From positions 17,369-81,368 of the forward strand of contig DAOWDN010000164.1 in NCBI GenBank assembly GCA_030639005.1: DNA of 64,000 nt. The letters are read 5' to 3'. Within the stretch, counting starts at the first letter, position 1; every line of letters begins with the position of its first letter. The DNA is from Bacteroidia bacterium. Its GTDB lineage: Bacteria > Bacteroidota > Bacteroidia > Bacteroidales > GCA-2748055. The notes below the pieces were generated by a model that saw only the letters and a program-made list of their open reading frames with translations, had not been told where the DNA came from and ran no database searches. Below are positions 57,690 to 64,000 of the stretch, one piece after another. A program made the position numbers and the translations under genes.

Positions 57690-58480
57690 AGCAGAAGCTT
57701 TATCAGCAGAATCAGAATAACCACTGCAGGGGCCACAAAGAGGAGGGAATCAAAACGGTCCAGGATCCCTCCGTGCCCCGGCAACAGGTTCCCGGTGTTT
57801 TTTACCTTTACAGTTCTCTTCAATCCCGACTCAAAAAGATCTCCGGCAAGTCCCAGTGATCCTATTATTAAAGAGATAGCAAGCCACGTTCCTGCTCCCA
57901 GCGTTCCCGTAATCCTCCAGGTAATCCACCCCCCCAGCAGGGTGAAAATCACTCCTCCTGCAAAACCCTCCCAGGTTTTTCCCGGAGAGAGAACAGGGGT
58001 CATTTTATGTCTTCCCAGTAAAGATCCTGTAAGGTATGCGAATGTATCGTTGATCCACACCAGGGCAATCACTGCGAGAGGGAGATGGTAATGGTAGCTG
58101 TAGTCACCTGTCAGCCATCCAAGAGCCAGGAAACTTGAGTATGGCAGTGCCAGCCATAGAAATGAGAGGAGACCGGACAGGTTAAATCCCCACCTGAGGG
58201 TGGAAAAGAGCCAGAGTCCGGCAGGAACAATTAACCAGGCCGGATGAAGGTGGTGTTCCAGGGTGGCAAATGAGAGTGGCAGCAACAGGAATCCAGGAAT
58301 TGCCTGGATCCATTTTCGGCTGCTTTTTACCTTGTGGAGCAAGGAGTTCAGTTCATTGACGCTTAGTGCATACAACACCAGAGTCATTCCGATGAAGGCA
58401 TAAGGCCCCAGGAGAATGGATCCTGCCACCAGCACAATTAAGGTGATCCCTGTCAGGGTACGAAGTAAAAGTTCTTTCAC
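57686..58480 (-). CDS. cdsA: Phosphatidate cytidylyltransferase
   Basis: CdsA signature SGLKRTVKVKNTGNLLPGHGGILDRFDSLLF in a polytopic protein. Confidence 0.88.
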   Translation of the reverse strand: MKELLLRTLTGITLIVLVAGSILLGPYAFIGMTLVLYALSVNELNSLLHKVKSSRKWIQAIPGFLLLPLSFATLEHHLHPAWLIVPAGLWLFSTLRWGFNLSGLLSFLWLALPYSSFLALGWLTGDYSYHYHLPLAVIALVWINDTFAYLTGSLLGRHKMTPVLSPGKTWEGFAGGVIFTLLGGWITWRITGTLGAGTWLAISLIIGSLGLAGDLFESGLKRTVKVKNTGNLLPGHGGILDRFDSLLFVAPAVVILILLIKLLL

Positions 58481-58683
58481 TGGTCTTCAAATTGCTTGAT
58501 CAGCATCTTGGCCCTGATAATATCGTCGCGATTTACATACAACTCCACTTCGCCAAATTTATAGGTTGAGTCCTGTTTGTTGACCAGGAAAGCCACAATG
58601 TCATTATCAAACAGCATCTGCCTGATCAACTCTGCCAGGTAGAGTTGATTGGTGGAGTAGATATGAACCAGGTTCTCTTCCAT
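58477..58683 (-). CDS. DUF2007-like small protein
   Basis: 68 aa with a pattern typical of DUF2007. It overlaps cdsA by 4 nt. Confidence 0.55.
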   Translation of the reverse strand: MEENLVHIYSTNQLYLAELIRQMLFDNDIVAFLVNKQDSTYKFGEVELYVNRDDIIRAKMLIKQFEDQ

Positions 58684-58685
58684 AG

Positions 58686-60737
58686 TTATGCCCCGGCCGA
58701 TTCCTGGTCTTTGGGCACTTCACTTTTCTTTGCTGAAGGTTTAGGTTTAGGTTTAGGCTTAGGCTTTGGAGTTTCGTCATGACTGCTGGTCCAGGGGCGT
58801 TTGCCAAAGATCTTCTCCAGGTCGTCGCTGAAGATCACCTCCTTTTCCAGCAGAATCTCGGCCAGCTGTTTCAATCCTTTCTTGTTCTTGCTGAGAATTG
58901 ACTTGGCCCTGTCGTACTGTACATCAATCATTGACTTGACCTCCTCATCAATGGTTTCGGCAGTCTTTTCGCTATATGGTTTGTTGAACGCAAAATCCTG
59001 CTGTCCACTGGAATCGTAGTAGCTTAGGTTTCCTATTTTATCGCTCATCCCAAAAAAGGAGATCATGGCAAAGGCCTGTTTTGTGACCCTTTCCAGGTCG
59101 TTGAGAGCCCCGGTGGAAATCTTGTTAAAAGTGAGGTCCTCGGAAGCCCTGCCCCCGAGGGTGGCACACATCTCATCCAGCATCTGCTCGGTGGTGGTAA
59201 TCTGACGCTCCTCGGGAAGGTACCACGCTGCGCCCAGTGCCCTGCCCCTTGGGATGATGGTCACCTTAACCAGAGGATTGGCGTGCTCCAGCAACCAGCT
59301 ACAAGTGGCATGACCTGCTTCATGCCAGGCAATGGTGCGTTTCTCCTCCTCCTTGATGATCTTGTTTTTCTTTTCGAGGCCCCCGATAATCCGGTCCACG
59401 GCATCCAGGAAATCCTGTTTATCAACTGTCTTTTTATCCTTTCGGGCAGCGATAAGTGCTGACTCATTACAAACATTGGCGATGTCGGCCCCTGAGAAAC
59501 CGGGGGTCTGTTTGGCCAGAAAATCAATATCCACCGATTTATCAATTTTAATCGGTTTAATATGGACATCAAAAATAGCTCTGCGTTCATTCAGATCGGG
59601 CAGTTCTACATGAATCTGCCTGTCGAACCTTCCGGCCCTCAGCAGCGCTTTGTCCAGCACATCGGCCCTGTTGGTAGCGGCAAGAATGATGACCCCGCTG
59701 TTGCTGCTGAATCCATCCATTTCGGTGAGCAGCTGGTTGAGCGTATTCTCACGTTCATCGTTGGATCCGAAATTGGGATTCCTGCCCCGCGCCCGGCCCA
59801 CCGCATCGATCTCATCAATGAATACAATACAGGGAGCTTTCTCCTTGGCCTGTTTAAACAGATCTCTGACCCTTGAGGCTCCAACACCCACAAACATCTC
59901 AACAAAATCTGAACCTGACATGGAAAAGAAGGGAACATTTGCTTCACCAGCTACAGCCTTGGCAAGCAGTGTTTTCCCTGTTCCCGGAGGTCCAACCAAC
60001 AGGGCACCTTTTGGGATTTTTCCTCCCAGATCAGTGTATTTCTTTGGATTTTTCAGGAACTCCACGATCTCCCGGATCTCCACTTTGGCCTCTTCCAGTC
60101 CTGCCACATCCTGAAAATCGACCTTCACGCTGGTATCCTTATCAAAGATCTGGGCTTTGGATTTTCCCACGCTGAAAATATTACCTCCGCCAGCGCCTCC
60201 GCCGCCTCCCATTCTGCGAAGCATATAGATCCAGATACCCATGATAAGCAGGAATGGAATCACCCATAACATGATCTCTCCCATATAGTTCCTGCGGGTA
60301 GATGTGGTGTAAGTGGGACGGTTTTCGGGAGGAAGATCATTCATCACCCTGTTGAGCTCTCCAATGAAGACGTCCTGGCTGATAATGGTGAAATAGTATT
60401 GTGGGACCGATTGTCCGAGTACGGTACTGGATTTATTGGATTTCACATCATCGTAAGCCGGGTCGCTGAGTCTCTCAGGTTTGATGTATATCTCGACCTT
60501 CTCCTTATTTACGATTACAATTTTTTCTATATCTCCATTCTGAAGTACCTGGAAAAAGCGGTTTGAATCCATCTCCTTGAGACTGTTCCCTGAGCTGAGG
60601 AACTGAATTCCTATCATGACCAGAAGGATGATCCCAATGATCCAGTAAGAATTAAACTTGGGCTTAATGGGCCCTCCTGGCCTGTTTCCAAGATTGCCTC
60701 CCGGGAACTTGCCGGGGCTATTTTTTTTCTCTGTCAT
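58686..60737 (-). CDS. ftsH: ATP-dependent zinc metalloprotease FtsH
   Basis: AAA motifs [16 protein letters not shown] and the SRH region, plus the zinc site HEAGHA. The C-terminal tail is (PK)n. Confidence 0.96.
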   Translation of the reverse strand: MTEKKNSPGKFPGGNLGNRPGGPIKPKFNSYWIIGIILLVMIGIQFLSSGNSLKEMDSNRFFQVLQNGDIEKIVIVNKEKVEIYIKPERLSDPAYDDVKSNKSSTVLGQSVPQYYFTIISQDVFIGELNRVMNDLPPENRPTYTTSTRRNYMGEIMLWVIPFLLIMGIWIYMLRRMGGGGGAGGGNIFSVGKSKAQIFDKDTSVKVDFQDVAGLEEAKVEIREIVEFLKNPKKYTDLGGKIPKGALLVGPPGTGKTLLAKAVAGEANVPFFSMSGSDFVEMFVGVGASRVRDLFKQAKEKAPCIVFIDEIDAVGRARGRNPNFGSNDERENTLNQLLTEMDGFSSNSGVIILAATNRADVLDKALLRAGRFDRQIHVELPDLNERRAIFDVHIKPIKIDKSVDIDFLAKQTPGFSGADIANVCNESALIAARKDKKTVDKQDFLDAVDRIIGGLEKKNKIIKEEEKRTIAWHEAGHATCSWLLEHANPLVKVTIIPRGRALGAAWYLPEERQITTTEQMLDEMCATLGGRASEDLTFNKISTGALNDLERVTKQAFAMISFFGMSDKIGNLSYYDSSGQQDFAFNKPYSEKTAETIDEEVKSMIDVQYDRAKSILSKNKKGLKQLAEILLEKEVIFSDDLEKIFGKRPWTSSHDETPKPKPKPKPKPSAKKSEVPKDQESAGA

Positions 60738-60750
60738 ACACTCTGTTTTG

Positions 60751-61122
60751 TTATGATTCCACCACCCTTGTCACTTTCCCGTCTGCCCAAAGCTCCTCCA
60801 GCCTGTAGAATGACCTGTACTCCTCCTGGAAGACATGAACCAGGATATCAAAAAAGTCCATCAGTACCCACTGGCTGTTTTGGAGTCCTTCCACATGGTG
60901 TGCCCTTGTACCGGTCTCCTCTTTCAGTGTCCTTTCAATAGAATCGGTAATGGCACCCACCTGGGTATTTGAATCTCCGTGACAGATGATGAAACAATCG
61001 CAGATGGAGTTCTCAACCTGAGAAAGATCGATAGTTACGATCTGGTGTCCCTTCTTCTCCCTGATGGCTTCAATGATCAGCTCCCTCCTCTGCTCCACAT
61101 TTAATAAATCACTTTCCGCCAT
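60751..61122 (-). CDS. rsfS: Ribosome silencing factor RsfS
   Basis: 123 aa. ICDCFIICHGDSNTQVGAI...WVLMDFFDILVHVFQEEYRSFYRLEELW is the iojap/RsfS pattern. Confidence 0.9.
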   Translation of the reverse strand: MAESDLLNVEQRRELIIEAIREKKGHQIVTIDLSQVENSICDCFIICHGDSNTQVGAITDSIERTLKEETGTRAHHVEGLQNSQWVLMDFFDILVHVFQEEYRSFYRLEELWADGKVTRVVES

Positions 61123-61217
61123 CTGCCTTTTTATTCACAAAGATAATGAATTTAGCCGTTCACATTTATTTGGCTAAATTGTAGTTTGTAGTAACTAATC
61201 TTGTCAAAAATTGTACC

Positions 61218-61964
61218 ATGGGAATCAGGTGGATTAAGCATGACAACGTTACATCAACCAACCTGGTTGTATCGGAGCTTCTGAGGCATCAAAAGCCGAA
61301 GGAAGCATTAGTTGTTATTGCTGATTACCAGGAGGCTGGTAAAGGTCAGGGTACAAATTCATGGCACAGCCGTGAGGGAGAGAACCTGTTAATGAGCTTG
61401 CTTCTGTTTCCTGCATTTTTGTCAGCCTCAAGCCAGTTTCATCTCTCCAGAGTCGTTTCTGTCTCCATTTGTGAAGTGCTGGATTTACTTGGAGCTGCTC
61501 CGGTGATCAAATGGCCCAATGACATCCTCACCTCCAGGGGAAAGATTGCCGGGATCCTCATCGAACATGGTATCTCAGGAGGGAGAATCTCCCATACCAT
61601 TGCAGGAATTGGCCTGAACCTGAACCAGTCAGAATTCCCGGAGTTTCCACAGCCTGCGACCTCGCTATTTCTGGAGACCGGCAGGAAAGCAGGTCCTCAG
61701 GAGGTTGCTGAGATTCTGGTGGAGAGGATCATGAGCAGGTATCAAGAACTGAAGGAGGGATATGAACAGGCCCTTGAAAAGGAGTACCTGGAAAGGCTAT
61801 TCCTGTTGGGGAAGCGATCACAGTTTGAGGCCGCAGGTGTTGTTTTTGAAGGGATCATCAGGGGGGTCAGCGAATTTGGAGAACTCCTGGTAGAACGGGA
61901 AGGAGAGCTCGTCCCCTATGGCCACGGGGAGATAGCCCTGAATATCGCCGGCCAGGCACAATAA
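61218..61964 (+). CDS. birA: Biotin--[acetyl-CoA-carboxylase] ligase (group I, no HTH)
   Basis: TSTNLV...QEAGKGQGTNSWHS...KWPNDIL...KIAGILIE. Confidence 0.88.
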   Translation: MGIRWIKHDNVTSTNLVVSELLRHQKPKEALVVIADYQEAGKGQGTNSWHSREGENLLMSLLLFPAFLSASSQFHLSRVVSVSICEVLDLLGAAPVIKWPNDILTSRGKIAGILIEHGISGGRISHTIAGIGLNLNQSEFPEFPQPATSLFLETGRKAGPQEVAEILVERIMSRYQELKEGYEQALEKEYLERLFLLGKRSQFEAAGVVFEGIIRGVSEFGELLVEREGELVPYGHGEIALNIAGQAQ

Positions 61965-61975
61965 TCTTTGATAAG

Positions 61976-62431
61976 TCAGCCGGAAAAATCGAAAGATTCG
62001 ATTTTATCAATGAGCCCGTCCACAAACTTTTTCAAGGGGATTTTGATCATGGAAATAAGCATTTTATTTACCTGAGGTTCGATGGTGATCCTGATCCTGG
62101 TATCCTTTTCACCTGCCTGCTTGAGTTGAATCCAGATGGTAAACTGGTGGTTGGAATAACTTCTCAGCGAAGCCATCTTCACCAGTGAGGAGGGGATTTT
62201 TTCGATGATCTCAAGACCGGTTCGCCCCAGGGGGGGTACCTGGAAACTGCACTGCTCCTTTGTGGCTTCCCAGTCGCTTACCTTACCGGCAGGAAGGAGT
62301 TCCCTGAAATTATTGAAATCGGTAATGAAACCATAGATCTCGCTGTCACTGTATGCCGACTTTCCTATTTTGCTCTCAATTTTCAACTTTTCAAACTTTA
62401 GACTTTCCACTGCGCTGGGTTTTTTCTCCAC
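61976..62431 (-). CDS. Hypothetical protein
   Basis: 151-aa ORF. The track start overlaps the pyrE 3' end by 34 nt, so the true start may be further in. Confidence 0.4.
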   Translation of the reverse strand: MEKKPSAVESLKFEKLKIESKIGKSAYSDSEIYGFITDFNNFRELLPAGKVSDWEATKEQCSFQVPPLGRTGLEIIEKIPSSLVKMASLRSYSNHQFTIWIQLKQAGEKDTRIRITIEPQVNKMLISMIKIPLKKFVDGLIDKIESFDFSG

Positions 62432-63030
62432 TGCTGGAGCAAAGCAACCTGCTCCGGCTGAATATCGCCCGATTCAAGGGCAGCTTCAATGAGTGTGTGA
62501 TAATCGGTAAGGGTGTGCAGCACCACCTTTGCATCGCGGAAGTTGTCTTCGGCCAGCTGGAATCCGTATGAGAAAATGGCCACCATTCCGGTAACTTCTG
62601 CTCCGGCCTGCCTCAGTGCTTCCACAGCCTTCAGTGAGCTTCCCCCGGTACTGATGAGGTCCTCAACCACTACCACCTTCTGTCCCCGCTGGAGACGTCC
62701 TTCAATAAGGTTCTGACGTCCGTGTCCTTTGGCCGAAGGTCTTACATATACAAATGGCAGGTTCATGGCATCCGCTACCAGGGCACCCTGGGCGATAGCG
62801 CCGGTGGCTACTCCTGCCACCAGGTCAGGTGCCGGAAAGGCGTCATTAATTACCCGGGTAAATGCCTCCCTGATATAGTTTCTGATCTCAGGATAGGAGA
62901 GTGTTACGCGGTTGTCACAATAAATGGGCGATTGCCATCCCGACGCCCATGTAAAGGGTTTTGCGGGTTCAAGTATAATTGCTTTACTTTGCAGCAGTAG
63001 GCCAGCTACTTTTCGATTTATTTCTGCCAT
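62398..63030 (-). CDS. pyrE: Orotate phosphoribosyltransferase
   Basis: PRPP motif KVVVVEDLISTGGSSL, with SGWQSPIYCDNR. Confidence 0.93.
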   Translation of the reverse strand: MAEINRKVAGLLLQSKAIILEPAKPFTWASGWQSPIYCDNRVTLSYPEIRNYIREAFTRVINDAFPAPDLVAGVATGAIAQGALVADAMNLPFVYVRPSAKGHGRQNLIEGRLQRGQKVVVVEDLISTGGSSLKAVEALRQAGAEVTGMVAIFSYGFQLAEDNFRDAKVVLHTLTDYHTLIEAALESGDIQPEQVALLQQWRKNPAQWKV

Positions 63031-63037
63031 TCAGCAA

Positions 63038-63652
63038 ATGTATAAAGTTTTTTTCAACGACAGAACAGTATATTTCGGGGATAATTTTTCCAGGGCTTTT
63101 GAGAGAAATAAAGGTCTCTTCTACAAGTACAATAACATCCATGAACTGAATGAGCTTATTGAAATGTTCAGTTTGCTGAATCAGATCAACAGCCTCTATA
63201 TCTTTCACGAAGACATGCTGATGGTGATCGAAGAGTTCAAGGCCTGTTTTCGGGTGATTGAAGCGGGAGGGGGATTGGTGTTTAATGTAAATCATGAATT
63301 CCTGGCGATCAAGCGGAATGGTGTGTGGGACCTTCCGAAAGGGAAGCTGGAGAAGGGTGAGGATTTCCGGGGAGCCGCAATGCGGGAGGTGGAGGAGGAG
63401 ACCGGATTATCGGGACTGAAGCTTGTGGAGCCACTCTTATCCACCTACCATACTTACCGTCTGAAAGGCGAGAAGGTGCTCAAGAAAACCCGGTGGTTTG
63501 AGATGGAGTATAAGGGTACAGATAAGCCTGTTTTACAGGCTAAGGAGGGCATCACCGATTACAGGTGGGTTACTCCCGGGAGTACCGACTTTATCCGGCA
63601 AAATACCTATGCAAGCATCCTCGATGTGCTCTATATGCGGAAACTAATCTGA
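63038..63652 (+). CDS. NUDIX hydrolase
   Basis: The Nudix box is GKLEKGEDFRGAAMREVEEETG. I chose the ATG at 63038 (MYKVFFND...) because the track ORF start overlaps pyrE. Confidence 0.8.
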   Translation: MYKVFFNDRTVYFGDNFSRAFERNKGLFYKYNNIHELNELIEMFSLLNQINSLYIFHEDMLMVIEEFKACFRVIEAGGGLVFNVNHEFLAIKRNGVWDLPKGKLEKGEDFRGAAMREVEEETGLSGLKLVEPLLSTYHTYRLKGEKVLKKTRWFEMEYKGTDKPVLQAKEGITDYRWVTPGSTDFIRQNTYASILDVLYMRKLI

Positions 63653-64000
63653 TCAAATTTCTCCCCTCGAACGCATAATCCGGAACAGTTGTTGCTCAAA
63701 TCCACCAGAGGGAAGGGTGGCCGGTGAGAGCAGGAGTTTTCCCTCAGGATCGATCAGGTAAGCAGTGGGATAGGCCCTCACCAGGTAATCAGACATCACA
63801 CCGGGTTGATTCTCATAATGAAGTACTTTCCAGTGATATCCGTTCCTTTTCATAAAATCTTTCAGTTCGCTTCGCTCCTCCGATGCCATAATAGTGACCA
63901 CATTGAGATAGGCAGCGTGCTTCTCGATATAGGATTGCAGAAAAGGGTATTCCATCATGCAGCCATAATGATCGGGTGTTCCGAAGAAGAGGTAAGTATA
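63653..64000 (-). CDS. Partial thioredoxin-fold (TlpA/redoxin-like) protein whose N-terminus lies beyond the window
   Basis: The frame stays open upstream of the track's Met. By hand translation, positions 64000-63959 read YTYLFFGTPDHYGC, then MMEYPFL.... The C-terminus YPTAYLIDPEGKLL is typical of redoxins. The usual WCxxC position reads DHYGC, which has only one Cys. Confidence 0.45.
   Translation of the reverse strand, partial: YTYLFFGTPDHYGCMMEYPFLQSYIEKHAAYLNVVTIMASEERSELKDFMKRNGYHWKVLHYENQPGVMSDYLVRAYPTAYLIDPEGKLLLSPATLPSGGFEQQLFRIMRSRGEI

Noticed and set aside
58739-58770. Hexanucleotide-like repeat ggtttaggtttaggtttaggcttaggctttgg
   Set aside because: It simply encodes the (PK)n low-complexity C-terminal tail of FtsH and is not an independent element.
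61149-61180. 9-bp inverted repeat aatttagcc-N14-ggctaaatt between rsfS and birA, considered as a bioO-type BirA operator
   Set aside because: This BirA is a 248-aa group I enzyme without the N-terminal HTH, so it cannot act as a repressor. The repeat is short and AT-rich, and may be an unrelated operator or a chance match.
1-64000. CRISPR arrays, tRNA, rRNA or tmRNA genes
   Set aside because: Scanning the intergenic regions by eye showed no regularly spaced short repeats, no T-loop (GGTTCGAATCC-like) or cloverleaf candidates, and no rRNA-like stretches. This is a visual negative only, and tRNAscan, Infernal or a CRISPR finder would be needed to be definitive.

Overview
The window looks like a Bacteroidota chromosome segment. 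Supporting signs are a T9SS C-terminal sorting domain, an ECF-sigma/FecR/TonB-receptor/DUF4249 cassette and TAnnTTTG-type promoter boxes. It has two compositional parts.

(A) Positions 1 to about 16.85 kb are a visibly AT-rich accessory and mobile island. It contains: (i) a minus-strand cluster with two TIR-domain proteins, a small unknown protein, a bacterial PH-domain protein and an Mrr-like PD-(D/E)xK nuclease that runs off the left edge; (ii) a complete GC-richer IS66-family element (5608-8229) with 21-bp imperfect terminal inverted repeats and an 8-bp target duplication, inserted into the 3' end of a gene; (iii) an integrative-element module with an XRE regulator, a gpII-like Rep candidate, small unknown genes and a tyrosine integrase; (iv) a stand-alone group-II-intron-like reverse transcriptase, whose 726-bp non-coding leader carries a 100 percent identical 112-bp direct repeat, plus a convergent membrane-anchored protein.

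(B) From about 16.6 to 64 kb is GC-richer core DNA. It carries lysS, recJ, purE, hpt, adk, obg, a PAP2 phosphatase, lplA, aroK, parC/parE, plsC, the ECF/FecR/TonB cassette, a flavodiiron protein, psd, cdsA, ftsH, rsfS, birA, pyrE and a NUDIX gene. It also contains a tightly packed five-gene plus-strand operon (44.3-55.3 kb) built around a membrane-anchored STAND NTPase-WD40 protein.

I found no rRNA, tRNA or CRISPR array by eye. The most interesting candidates for an undescribed system are the RT with its duplicated leader element and the double-TIR cluster. All functional calls come from motif recognition in the supplied translations and none was checked against a database.
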